Shown piece after piece: positions 1-15,482 of a DNA stretch of 64,000 nucleotides. The position numbers were made by a program, and so were the translations under genes. The stretch is from NCBI RefSeq assembly GCF_009914755.1, contig NC_060932.1, one strand, 5' to 3'. This stretch comes from the human T2T-CHM13v2.0 reference genome, Homo sapiens. Numbering within the stretch: the first letter of the stretch is position 1; every line of letters begins with the position of its first letter. The notes below the pieces were generated by a model. That model saw only the letters and a program-made list of their open reading frames with translations. It was not told the DNA's origin and ran no database searches.

Positions 1-567
1 ATTCTTTGAGGACGGCATCCCAAGATGTGCAGAAAGATGACAGAGGACTATTGATGATATAGAGGAGACGCAGAGAAAGACACTTAGCCAATAAAGAAAC
101 AGATATTAGACTATATATTACTTAAAATTGGAGATACTATGTGGGAAGCAATCTATGCTGGGGATATCTGGACTCAGGAGAAAAGGAATGAGGAAATTAA
201 TCAAAATCATCCGGGAATACTCGAGGCGTTCAACATTGCTACCTCTGCAGAGGCACCACTAACATTTGTGGGATATTCACTGCATGTTGGACTTTTGGAT
301 GGAATTCCCTGTGACTGCTCCCCAGGGATTCCTCGGCTCCCCAACCCTCTAGCACCAGCCTGAATAGTTGTTTCTTTGTATGGTGTCACTTTCTTATATA
401 AGAAGACAGACATATAAGGTAATTTTTTTTTCTCTTGCTCTCCTTCTCTTTTCCTCCTTCTTTTTAATGGAAAAGTACTTGTAAAAATAGAATAGTTGCT
501 TTGGGAGTTTAGGTTGCTATACAGAATCCAGGATATTTATTTTAAGCAGGTCCATACAACAGTGGCA

Positions 568-790
568 ATTTTTTTTTTTTTTTTTTTTGAGACAGAGTCT
601 TGCTCTTGTTGCGCAGGCTGGAGTGCAATGGTGCAATCTCAGCTCACTGCAACCTCTGTCTCCTGTGTTCAAGTGATTCCTGCCTCAGCCTCCAGAGTAG
701 CTGGGGTTACAGGTGCCGGCCACCATGCCCAGCTAATTTTTGTATTGTTAGTAGAGAAGGGGTTTCACCACATTGGCCAGGCTGGTCTCA
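568..790 (-). mobile_element. Alu, 5'-truncated (AluS-like)
   Basis: Poly-T then GAGACAGAGTCTTGCTC...GCTGGAGTGCAATGG; similarity stops after GGCCAGGCTGGTCTC. Confidence 0.95.
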
Positions 791-858
791 GCCAGCTTTT
801 AAGATGTCTACTTTGGTAGACATTTAGTTAGTAAATTTCTAACTAAAAGAAAAGTAAT

Positions 859-929
859 GATTGTGCCACTGCACTCCAGCCTGGGTGACAGAGCAAGACT
901 CCGTCTCAAAAAAAAAAAAAAAAAAAAAA
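859..929 (+). mobile_element. Severely 5'-truncated Alu (3' ~50 bp + polyA) with 17-bp TSD
   Basis: GATTGTGCCACTGCACTCCAGCCTGGGTGACAGAGCAAGACTCCGTCTC-An, flanked by AAAAGAAAAGTAATGAT at 845-861 and 926-942. Confidence 0.95.
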
Positions 930-957
930 GAAAAGTAATGATAAACATGAAATTTAG

Positions 958-1504
<547 letters not shown>

Positions 1505-1846
1505 TTTATTAAATATTTTTAAACAAATAAAAATCCCTATGGACCAAGCCTTTTCTCAAACAATCAAAAGTCTTTAGTATGTGTTAGATTTAGACTCAAC
1601 AAAGTTACTTCAGTGGCATTAAAAGACATAGTTTTTCATGATAAAATAATTGTAAGTATTTCAACTCTCTCTGCGGAAAGCTTTTATGTAAGGTCATTCA
1701 ACAATAGAGGCTAAAATAGCCTCTTCCTGTTAAGGTTATATACAGATTCATTTCGTTTGTTTGTTTATGAACCATTTGTTTTAAACTCTAAATATTCTCC
1801 TCTTTGCACCAATACAAGTGGAACTCCAGCCAAGAAATAAATTGCG

Positions 1847-1985
1847 TGCTGGGTGCTGTGGCTCACACCTGTAATCCCAGCACTTTGGAAGGCTGAGGCA
1901 GGAGGATCACTTAAGGCTGAGAGTTCAAGGCTGCAGTAAGCTCTGATCATGCCATTGCACTCCACCCAAGCAAACAAAAAGAAAA
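1847..1985 (+). mobile_element. Alu monomer (FLAM/FRAM-like)
   Basis: GCTGGGTGCTGTGGCTCACACCTGTAATCCCAGCACTTT...GAGTTCAAGGCTGCAGT..., single arm with A-rich end. Confidence 0.85.
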
Positions 1986-2091
1986 AGCCTATGGAATTCA
2001 AGGTAGTGTAGTGACAATACTCAGGCCCTAACCGCTAAATGCAACTGTAATCAAGTAAAAATGTATTCAGATCCAATTAGGCATGTGATTA

Positions 2092-2785
<694 letters not shown>

Positions 2786-3730
2786 ACCCTCTTGGCCATT
2801 GCAGGCTTTGGAGATATCTATGGGGTGCCTCTGGTGTGAGCTTGCTGGTGAGAGCCAGGGATTGTGGTCCCTGTTTCCCTTTCCACTGTCACCACCCATG
2901 GCTGGTGAGGTTTTCCTCTCTTCTCTGGTGTCAATGCCACATAATAAAATCTGTCTGCAGACAGTATTCTCTCTCTCTCTTTCTGGACCTTGGAATTACA
3001 TTCCCCTTATAGGGTTTATGAAGGGTTTTAGTGATTGCTGAAACAATGAATTATACTGACAGGTCAAGTGTCTTTTGAATGCCTTTGAGAAAGGCAAAAG
3101 TCATAAATAGGTAGCAAATAATGAATTTGCAGGTACACAAAAACTAACTTAAGATGCAGTTATGTTTAGAGAAGTACCAGGATTTAGCAGATCAGAAGCT
3201 GTGGGCTGTGGGATCAGAAGAAGGTTTCAGATTACTGGTGGAGTGGAGGGAGAGGCGTGGGCCCGAGAGGTGAGTGGAAGGGTGGCACAGGGGACAAGAA
3301 CCAAGCAGGGTTAGAGTGATGCTGACCTCACCTAGAGATGAAGATGAAGTCGCCAAGTGTGGGGGGAAGTTGAAGGAGTATCCTTGGGCCACTAACTCCG
3401 TTTCCACCCTTTCTTCACCAAAATGTTCCCCTAAACATTCATTGGCCTGAGGAAAAATCTGGAAGAGGGATTAAATGATAAGCTTGCTCCACACTGTAGT
3501 ATGTGTTTGGGGGAGTGCTGGGGGATTATATTGGGGGTGAGATAGATAACGAGGTAGAAAAGTAGAAATGGGTTTCCATCAGCTCCACAAGAAAATTCAA
3601 AAGAAAGGTGAGAAAGGAAATTACAAATGACTGGTAATAGCAAAGAAAGTGGAGTTCCTGAGGCCTCTTCGTAGCCACATGATTTATAGGAAGCCAAAGA
3701 TAAATTGGGGGTTTGCTTACATTGCTATTA

Positions 3731-4027
<297 letters not shown>

Positions 4028-4224
4028 CCCTTAACGACCAGAACAGTAAGGAGGAGAAAGTAAAGTATGTGCCTGGTGGCGTGCACTGAAGACAGTATTT
4101 AAGATGCCCCGAGAATTTGATCATGGGAGGCTTCCCCATATAAGCCCAGATGATGAATCACAATGTTAAATCAATTTCTGTGCTCCTTAATTTTATAAAG
4201 CCTAAATCTATGGGACAAACCACA

Positions 4225-4385
4225 GGACTGAGGGTCAAAACCTAGGATTCTGTTTTTCCTGGTGTCCAGGCTGTGTGTGACTGTGGCCACAACATTCTCC
4301 TTTCTGGATCTCAGTTTCTTCATCTGTGAAATAATAGATTGGGCAGTACTAACTCTGTAGTCCTTTCTGCCTACAGTGCCTATGA
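4225..4385. mobile_element. MIR-family fragment
   Basis: TCTCAGTTTCTTCATCTGTGAAATAA core. Confidence 0.65.
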
Positions 4386-4442
4386 CTCTGACCTCTCTCG
4401 TCTCCTTTTCTATTAAAACTCTGCTTTAAGGGGAGTGGCCTG

Positions 4443-4766
<324 letters not shown>

Positions 4767-4787
4767 AGCCTGATTATTCTTGTATGT

Positions 4788-5095
4788 CAGGAAGGAGCCG
4801 AGTTTGTGAAACTCAATGCTGTGCAATTTTGGGTGATGCCCTTTTTAAAAATGAGATGACAAAATTAGTAATACAAAATTCATGATGAAAGTGAATATTG
4901 ACTTAGAACGAGAAAAGAAATCACAGGAAGTTACCAGAGTTTTGAAGATTCAAGTCTTTTTTGTGTGGTATCTCTTTTGGCAATTTCCCACACATGCGTA
5001 CATAGAAATGTTTCCTGTTTCTAACACAGCTTCTCCTCTCCCCCAGCACTGCAAATCCTCACACTCACAGCAACCCATCTAAGTCAGGGTCTCTA
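4788..5095 (+). mobile_element. MER96B-like hAT DNA element
   Basis: AATACAAAATT..GAAAGTGAATATTGACTTAGAACGAGAAAAGAAATCACA resembles the recalled MER96B consensus. Confidence 0.55.
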
Positions 5096-5113
5096 GTCTG
5101 TAATTTTCATTAA

Positions 5114-5499
5114 TGTTTTGGACAGAATTGTAGCACTCAAAGTTCATATTTTGAAGTCTCAACTCCCAGTAGTCAGAATGTGATTGACTTTGGAGATAAG
5201 GTCTTTAAAGAGGTGAGTGGGTTAAAATGATGCTGTTAGGGCAGGATCCTGATCCAAGAGGACTGGTCTCATAAGAAGAGGAAGAGACACCAACGGTGCA
5301 CAAAGGGATGACCCTCTGAGGGCAAAGCAGAGAGAAGGTGGTCGTCGGCAAGCAAAGGAGAGAGGCCTCGGAGGAATCCGACACTGCTGGCGCCTTGATC
5401 TTGGACTTCTAGCCTCCAGGACTATGAGGAAATAAATTTCAGTTGTTTGAGCCACCCAGTTTGTGGCGTTTAATATGGCAGCCCAAGCAAACTAATACA
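5114..5499 (+). mobile_element. MLT1A/B-type MaLR solo LTR
   Basis: TG...CA ends; TTTGGAGATAAGGTCTTTAAAGAGG, CCTTGATCTTGGACTTCTAGCCTCCAG, AATAAATTTC, GCAAACTAATACA. Confidence 0.9.
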
Positions 5500-7069
5500 G
5501 TGACCCTCTTGATGAATCTTCCTCTGCCTAAGGACTTTATTCTTTCATGTCTGTTCCCTTGTCCCAAACCATCCCCCTCCTCTCTGTTCCTATCCAATCC
5601 AACTCAGGACTTTTCTTCTTTAAGTCTTCCTTATGGAGAGACCTCTCAATCTTAGAACACACTGACACCTATTGACTGTCACTCATTTGGGAAACAAATA
5701 GGAATTTCCTTGCCACAGCTCTTATATTATTATCCTGTTGTGTTAGTTTGACTTTTCAAAAGACCATAACTTTTCTTCCTTATCAGGTCAGTGTTTTGAA
5801 GCCTATCAGGGACAACATCTTATTATCAAATGTTAGAAAAAAATTGAGTGTCGCTTTTTGAGTTAGGGGAGAAGAGACCCATTTAGGGCTATGTATGATA
5901 AGACCAAAAAAGTCTTAAAAATGTTATTTCTAAAGTAGGACTTAGTAGGAATCCACCACACCTCTAATAGTTTAGTGCCACATCTGTACTAAGTACAGAT
6001 ATAAAGAGCATAACAACTATGGCTGGAATCCCCTACTCCCTCCCACCATTTCCTACTAACTCAGTGGGTTAGAAGCATTTATCTTTATTTCTGTTGTGGC
6101 AACCCAATTCTGGTTGTTGCCTTCTGTTTTTCTACTGCTTACACCAGCAACGGAAGTTCATAGGAATATCTTCCAAAAAAGCTCTGGCCAGAACCAAAGG
6201 AAGTGAGTACATTCAAGGGTGAAAGGATGATTCAACCTCTTTGAGTGCTTAATTTTTGGTATCCCTTCTGAAATTGCTGAAAAGAATGCCAACAAGTTGT
6301 AATTACCATAGCCCTCTCTGGGAGGTGGAAATCTGCCAGTACTCATTGGATTTCAACCAACAATCCATTTCAAAGAAGTCATCAAAGGAAATGAGCACCT
6401 ATTTTGGTAACTTTTAGGGAATATCTGACGCCGCTAAAAAATCCACATGCATGCTTGATAGAGTTTCATAAAACTGTGCTTCTTTATTAGCATTTTAAAT
6501 TCAGGCTTATATGTGCACTAAAAATTGTATAGTAATTTATTAGAGAGTCAATGATAGAGAGTGGCTAGGGCTTGGTCTCAGAATAAAAGAAACTTCTCAG
6601 TTCACCAAAATCTGCATTCGCTACCCACAGAGAAATGAGCACTTAATCTTCTAGGAAGAAAACATACCTGTGTTCAAATTTTTATCAAATGCCACATTTT
6701 TCCAGTAAACTAAGGTCCTCAAGCGGGGACATTCATCACCATCCTCAGGAAACTGAGAGGACTGCTTTTGCAATCAGAACAGCTTCCAAGGCCCTTATGC
6801 CAATAGCTATGTGGAACGATTCAACATCAGCCTCGGAAACTTCCTTGGGAGCTGAGTGGGCAGCTATGAATCATCCCCTGCCCTTTACACATATTGTTAC
6901 TGATCTCCTTGGAATATTATATGAAAATAACAGCTTGCATTTTTGTAAAGAATGCTTTTGCTGATGGCATCAGGCAGTCCTGGAGTAAAAGAAGGCCCTG
7001 GTGAACTGTGTATCCTGGAATTGGATATACTCCAAAAATGTTTGCAAATGCTGTTTGGAAGCTGAGTCA

Positions 7070-7540
<471 letters not shown>

Positions 7541-7999
7541 AGTAAACCTAGAAAAACCAAACTCTCCTTTAAAAAATGCTTCAAATACACTGAGAAAATT
7601 ACTGAGCATGGTTTTTCCCTTTGATTTGGCTATTTCTCATTTATTTGGCCCAAACCAATACTATATGATATTCCTTCACATGGGAAAGAATAGCTAGAAT
7701 CTCAAAGCCTTTGGGTTCTAATCCCAAATTTATCACCAATTAGCCCTGTAGCTTCAGAGTTGCATGGATACCTTGGGATATCTGTTGAACTTGACAAATG
7801 TATTTTGTCAGCAATTGGAGATGGCAGTCCTTCTGTTGCAAGATCAAAAGCAGATGAGCTGTTTCAATCAATCATGTTCTTACAGGTAGCAACAGCCGCA
7901 TCGACATTTTGAGCCTTCCTATATAAATAAATAGCTCCTGCCAATGGTGAATGATCAAGTGGAAGCGAGTGTGAGTACAGCTCTTTGCTACTTAGATCC

Positions 8000-8312
8000 G
8001 TATGATATGAGGTATAGTTGATGGAAATGAGGATGCTTAATTTCTAGGAAAGGAGATTCAGAGAAAATTTTGTAGGTTCTTTGTGTGATTGAAGTACTTC
8101 TGTGAAGAAGGAGAACTAAATTTGTTTTGGTTTGTGTAACCTCAAAGTATTAAATATTGCCAATAGGTAGAAGCCATACAAAAACAGATTTCAGATCAAC
8201 TCAGAAGATTATTTTCTAACATAGCTCCTTAGAGATGGTGCCACATTACCAAGTAACATGCCCATCCCTGGAGGTGTTCAAGAAGAGGGTTGATGGCCAT
8301 GTGGCAGGAACA
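8000..8312 (+). mobile_element. L3/CR1 fragment
   Basis: CCCATCCCTGGAGGTGTTCAAGAAGAGGGTTGATGGCCATGTGGCAGG, typical of the CR1/L3 3' region. Confidence 0.55.
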
Positions 8313-8608
8313 TCGTGGTTGACCTATAGCAGCACTATCCTTCTCTTGGATTTTCGGAATCATTTAAAAAAATGAGCAAGGGGTCATTATAGAAATATAG
8401 ACTGTCACCTTTTAATTTTGCCAATTTAGGACATTTTAATTGCCACTTATAATTACCACCATTTAACAAAATAAAGGATAATTCAAGAAGAGAAAAGAAA
8501 TAATGTAAGAATGAAGGATCATTCTAGAATAGTAAGTAAATCCAGCTTTATACAATATATACCATTTATATAAATTAAAACACAACCAATGCTCTACATT
8601 CTGTATTG

Positions 8609-8610
<2 letters not shown>

Positions 8611-8644
<34 letters not shown>
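8611..8644. repeat. (CA)n microsatellite
   Basis: Seen directly. Confidence 0.98.
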
Positions 8645-8647
<3 letters not shown>

Positions 8648-8649
8648 AA

Positions 8650-8865
8650 CTCGAAGAAATATCAACACATGAGAGTGGTTATCTCTGATTAGGGGAAGGA
8701 GAATAGGACTGGAGAGGTGTTTAAAAGGGACTTCAACTTTATCCACAATAATTTATTTCTTTATGTAAAAAATGATAATACAAGTATGCTAAAATGTTCT
8801 CATTTGTTAATTCTGGATACAAGAAGAAAAAAATATTTTATTATTGTGTATTTTTCTCTATTCAA
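8650..8865 (+). mobile_element. Old L1 (L1ME/MC-like) 3' fragment
   Basis: AGTGGTTATCTCTG..GGGACTTCAACTTTAT pattern. Confidence 0.5.
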
Positions 8866-9834
8866 AGGGATTGCACATTCCTCTCAAACAAAACAAGAAG
8901 ACACTTTACTACATTGCCTTTATTTTTCTCATTTCAACACATACCCGTGTAAGGTCTATTGCTCATTACTGCACATAGGCCATTATTTGGGAGACAGGAG
9001 ACTATTCATCTATCAGCTGTCTCTCATAGGCTTACTATGAACCATGAATTATGTTTATGCTTCCTCTAATTCTGTGATTCTGTGGTTCTATGATTCTTAA
9101 TTTTTCACAGATACTCCTTTTACAGTTTCTTTCAGGTCTTACAGTTCCTCTGAAACTGGAAACAAGTTCTCCAGGGAAACCTTGATCATCTGTGATCATC
9201 TGTGCTTATTATCCTTCGGGGCTAAGAGAACATCTCATTTATGTCACGAGAGTCATGACATACAAATGTTGCACACCTCATAACCAAATATCTTTCAGTC
9301 CTCCTGTGAAGTCAATTATAATCATGGCTTCAAATGAGATGAAAAGATTTCTAGTGGTAGGGATGTTTGAAATGGAGCTACAGTGGGGTGTGAATTTGAT
9401 TCTACTACTTCAGAGGGATTAAAATCTATCTTAGAACTTTCTACAGTTTATTTTTTCTTGACTTGGGTCTTTCTTGATGTCTTCTTGAAAGTATGTTTAT
9501 GCAAGACAAAGTACCTGATCAATGATATGTATCCAGTAGTTGTTTTTCTGATGAATGAATGAATGAGAACCTATATTGCTTCCTGTTTTTGTCTATTTCA
9601 TACGTTTTGTTTAATCCTGCATATAGTTTCCTACCTGGGGGTCTGAGGATGTCTAGTGGGTAAAGGTAGTATTAATAACATGTCATTGAATGATCTTCAA
9701 AATTTCGGAAATGTTCAAGAAATCTTAAAATGTTCAACTTATTTGCTCTTGGCTAGAATTATATCAACATAATTTGTTAATAGTAGCTCTCCTATGCTGA
9801 TCAGATTCCCTAATTAGTAACTATTTAAGCCCTT

Positions 9835-10161
<327 letters not shown>

Positions 10162-10478
10162 ATTTATTTTTTTTTAAAAGAGTAAAAATTATTGCTTAAC
10201 AAATACATTTTTGTGACTAACATTTCCAGAATATGGACTTTATGGGGGTAAACAAAAAAAGAAGGATTTGGCATAAAAAATGTGTTGGGAACTATAAAAA
10301 TTTGAATATAATAAGTGCTAAAACTAGTCTGATGAGACTTCAGGAACAGCCAAAATACACCCTATTGGAGAGGTAATGACAAGGACATATTAGTTTAAAC
10401 TTCTTTTTGCCTGATCTTGGCTTTAGACTGATGATACATCCTTCTAAGAATGAAGTATTTCATTTAAAGTGAAAAGAT

Positions 10479-10631
10479 TGCCTAGGTGCAGTAGCTCACA
10501 CCTGTAATCCCAGCACTTTGGAAGGCAGAAACCGGCTGATAGGTTGAGCCTAGGAGCTCAAAGTTGCTCAGTCCCGGCAACAGAATGAAACCCTGTCTCA
10601 AAAAAAACAAACGAAAAAGGAAAAAAAAAAA
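10479..10631 (+). mobile_element. FLAM-like Alu monomer
   Basis: GCTCACACCTGTAATCCCAGCACTTTGG...AAACCCTGTCTC-An. Confidence 0.85.
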
Positions 10632-11214
10632 TTAAGTCAATTTTAGATTGAAGAAATCTCTTGGAAGCTAAGTTCAGTCTTAGAAGAAAGTGACGATCAC
10701 AAGTGTGATCTGGGCTAATAATTAAATTTTAAAATATGTGATAAGGCAAAATGTGTGTTGATAACAGGACAAAGAGAGGACAGTCATTTCCCAAACTCAT
10801 ATGAGTAATTCTCAGTTTCATAGTTCTTCCATTTGTTTTGAATTGGTACCATTTACAAAGGCAAAGGAGAGATGCTGAGCCGGTTCCAGATATTACCTCT
10901 CCCAATTGAACAAAAGCTCTCGATCTTCTCTTTGTATCGTAGAGTCATTTCAGGACAGTTTTCCCGAGTGAAAGAATGTTTGTTTGTTTTCTTCCTAAGT
11001 GTCTGGTATACTTTTCTATACAAGTAAAACAAATAAAAAACTTTACAAAAAAGTTATTTCTATATGACTTCAAATTTTTCTTTTAGATTTTGGGTTGGCT
11101 TTGAGATTTCTAGGTTTATCATTCTTCAAAATGGAAAATGTTGCTTATTTCTTTACATTTCATAAAGTATGCTTTGTGTAAACAACTTCTCGTTAACCCT
11201 CAACCTACAGATAA

Positions 11215-11544
<330 letters not shown>

Positions 11545-11685
11545 TGATCACTGAGTTCCACAAACATTTGCATGTAATAGCAACTTACAGCTTAAAAGAG
11601 ACTTTGCGTATAATCTCATCTCAATTCACTGATCTCCAAACATGCTTTTAAAAATACCTCTAAACACTAGTAAATGTCTCCTTCT

Positions 11686-11993
11686 CTTTTTCTTTTTTTT
11701 TTTTTTTTTTTTTTTTTGAGACAAGATCTTGCTGTGTTGTCCAAGGTAGAGTACAGTGGTGCAATCATAGCTCACTGTAACCTTGAACTCCTAGGCTCAA
11801 GCAGTCCTCCTGCTTAGCCTCTCAAATAGCTGGGAATACAGGCATGCACCACCACACCTGGCTGATTTTTAAATTTTTTTGTAGATGGAGATCTTGCCAT
11901 GTTTCCCAGGCTGGTCTAGAACTCCAGGCCTCACGCAATCCTCCCGCGTCCTTCCAAGGTGATGGGATTACAGGCTTGAGCCACTGGGCCCCG
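11686..11993 (-). mobile_element. AluJ-like
   Basis: GCAATCATAGCTCACTGTAACCTTGAACTCC. Confidence 0.92.
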
Positions 11994-12439
11994 CGTTCTC
12001 ATTCTTCAGAACCCTACTGCAACATCATGCCCCCTGGGAAGTTTTCCCACCTGCTCTGTTGTTCTGCACTTAGTGTTCCCTTCTGTCTATTGTATTTTTA
12101 ATATACTTCAACTCATTTCTTCTTGCTGTATATTAAAAATTCTTATATAAAATAGTTCCTATATTAAAATATTTTTATGAATGGCTTCTTCATAAGATGG
12201 TGAGGGGAGGATGTTATTTCTATGTATTTATGGATGATAACATAGAGGTGAGGGAAATGGGTAAAAACAGAGTCAATAAGTTTTAGAGCATGAGTTTGAA
12301 ACTAGATGTTCCATCTCAAAGTCAGGCTCTGTCTACTCCACAGCATGGCTTTTCATAAGATGCTATGATGCTTGGTTTCACGAAATATTACAAGTATCGC
12401 TATTGTTTTGGTTTGTTAAAACAATGGTAATGATAATTT

Positions 12440-13020
12440 TTGAGACAAATTCTAATGGCCTGCATGTATTAAGTATTTATAGTATGCTAGGCAATGTTCT
12501 GAAAGAGTTAGATGTATTAATTCACTTAATCCTCATAACAACCCTATAAGAGAAGTACTATTATTATTATTATTTGAGACTGAATCTCACACTGTTGCCT
12601 GGGCTTGAGTGCAATGGCGTGATCTCCGCTCACTGCAACCTCCGCCTCCTGGGTTCAAGCGATTCTCCTGCCTCTGCCTCCTGAGTAGCTGGAATTACAG
12701 GTGTATGCTACCACGCCCTGCAAATTTTTTCTATTTTTTGTATATATATATTTTTTTTAGTAGAGGCGGGGTTTCACTATGTTGGCCAGGCTTGTCTCGA
12801 ACTCCTGACATCATGATCTGCCCGCCTCGGCCTCCCAAAGTGCTGGGATTACAGGCATGAGCCACTGCACCTGGCCGATAATTTACTATTATTATTCTTA
12901 TTTTACAGGTATGGAAATTGAGGTGTCGAATGATTAAATAACTTGCTTGCCACCCAGATAAAAGTGGCAGAGCTGATTCCTAACCAGACGAATTGGTTTA
13001 GGAACCCACATTCTTAATAA
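12440..13020. mobile_element. MIR interrupted by an Alu
   Basis: TTAATCCTCATAACAACCCTAT before the Alu and ATTTTACAGGTATGGAAATTGAGG after it. Confidence 0.75.
12559..12876 (-). mobile_element. Alu (AluS-like) inserted in MIR
   Basis: Full dimer with (ATT)n tail. Confidence 0.93.
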
Positions 13021-13097
13021 AAGTAGACTTAAATACTGATGTTTTCTTTCCTAAATAGAACTTTGTACACGATCACTGTCTACGAGACTGATTACAA

Positions 13098-13412
13098 TTT
13101 TTGTTGTTGTTGTTGTGTGTGTGTGTTTTTTTTTAGAGAGGCAGAGTCTCACTCTGTTGCCCAGGCTGGCCTGCAGTAGTACAGTCATAAGTCGCTGCAG
13201 CCTTCAACTCCAGGGCTCAAGAGATCCTCCTACCTCAGCCTCCTGAGTAGGTGGGACGACAGGTCCATGCCCAGCTGTTTCAAATTGTTTTTTGTGAAGA
13301 TGGGGACTCACTATGCTGCCCAGGCTGGTCCGGAACTCCTGGCCTCAAGTGATCCTCCAGACTTGGCCCCCCAAACTATTGGGGATACAAGCATGACCCA
13401 CTGCACCCAGCC
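13098..13412 (-). mobile_element. AluJ-like
   Basis: Diverged dimer; tail decayed to (TTG)n(TG)n. Confidence 0.9.
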
Positions 13413-14289
13413 CTTCAGTTTTGATTTTACGCATATTATAGAACCTAGGTTTGGCTCTGAATCTCCATTTATAGCCTCAACTATAATTACAGAACACACA
13501 CAAAAAATGGAGTTGATTCAGATTACTGAGTACAGTGGGTTTCATGTGGATAGTTATTAGGAAACAAGCAGGGCTTTTATTTTTGGACTTTTGTCTCCTT
13601 CTTCCCTTCAAATAATAAAACAAATTGGCAATTGAGAAAACAAGGAAACAAGGAAAAAAAAAAAGCCAACAGCCTGTTTCTGATTTGTTTGGGACTGGAT
13701 CCAAGGTTTTGGGAATCTTTCAGAGTTGCATTTTCAGTGTTCAAAGCAGGAATTCACTTCTGAAATAACTTAGAGACGAAAAAATGAAATTGTCAAATAT
13801 ATTGTGTCAAACTGCTATTTTAATGATTTTTTGCATGTAATAATAAAAATTAAAATATTCATTACAGTTCACATTGTAAAGATCACTTTGAGTGTAAAAC
13901 CTACATTAAAAAAGCATAAGAACAAATACAAATATTTTATACCTTCTGATAATACATTATAAGAATTGAGATTATTGAGAAAATAAATTTAAGAAGGCAG
14001 TATTGAACAACTACAAGAACTATAAAATATAGCTGAGAATTTGTTAGAGAAGAAAAGCTCTTAATTTCTAATATATTAGAATAAAAGCCACAGTCACCAT
14101 TCAAGTTATTTAAGTACTATTGCAATTTAATGATTCAGGAGAAAAAGCAATTTGTGTCACTGAGATTTTTGGAGTCTCCAAAATCTCCAAATGTAGATTC
14201 TGGACATTCTTCTCTGTGGTTTTATAATACTGAACTCCTCATCTTTGATAGTTTCTCTAAAACGCATCATGAATGTGTACAAAATGTAT

Positions 14290-14775
<486 letters not shown>

Positions 14776-14789
14776 AATTTAAAACGTTT

Positions 14790-14945
14790 TAATAAGTTTT
14801 GTTTTTAATTGACACAATAATTGTACTTATTTACAGGGTACAGTGTGATGTTTTGATACATACGTACATTGTATAATGATTAGATCAGATAATTGACATA
14901 TCCATCACCTCAAACACTTGCCATTTCTTTGCAATGAGAATGTTA
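14790..14945 (-). mobile_element. L1MA-type 3' end
   Basis: AATTGACACAATAATTGTACTTATTTACAGGGTACAGTGTGATGTTTTGATACA...TATCCATCACCTCAAACA. Confidence 0.8.
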
Positions 14946-15173
14946 TATCAAGTTTGTATTCCTGGATATTTAGGCCAATGAACTGGGTCTTTATTCTCCA
15001 GACTTAGTAAAATTGCCGTCTTTCTACCATCTCTGCAGAATTTCTAAGCCTGCCTGTCTTCTTGGCTTCGCTGTGGGCTTTATCTTTTCCCTCCTATTTA
15101 ATTATTCATTTGATTTCTATTTCACTTCCCACACTGTGACTTTACTTTTATCAAAACTGAAGTTCCCCCCACC

Positions 15174-15482
15174 TTTAATTTTTTTTTAATTTTTAATTAT
15201 TTATTTTTGAGATGCGGTCTCACTGTTACCCAGGCTGGAGTGCAGGGGTGCTATTACAGCTCACAGCAAACTTGACTTCCCAGCCCCAGGTGATCCTCCC
15301 ACCTCTGCCTCCTGAGTAGCTGGGACTACAGGCATGCACCTCTGTGTCTCGCTAATTGTTGTATTTTTTGTAGAGACAGGGTCTCACTATGTTGCCAAGG
15401 CTGGTCTTGAACTCCTGGGCCCAAGTAATCCACCCGCCTCAGCCTCCCAAAATGCTAGATTACAGGCATGAGTCACCAAGCT
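15174..15482 (-). mobile_element. AluJ-like
   Basis: Full diverged dimer. Confidence 0.92.

Noticed and set aside
139-413. Overlapping ORFs in unique sequence at the window start
   Set aside because: Short, no recognisable domain, and stops in all + frames upstream; only a weak donor-like site at 418/419.
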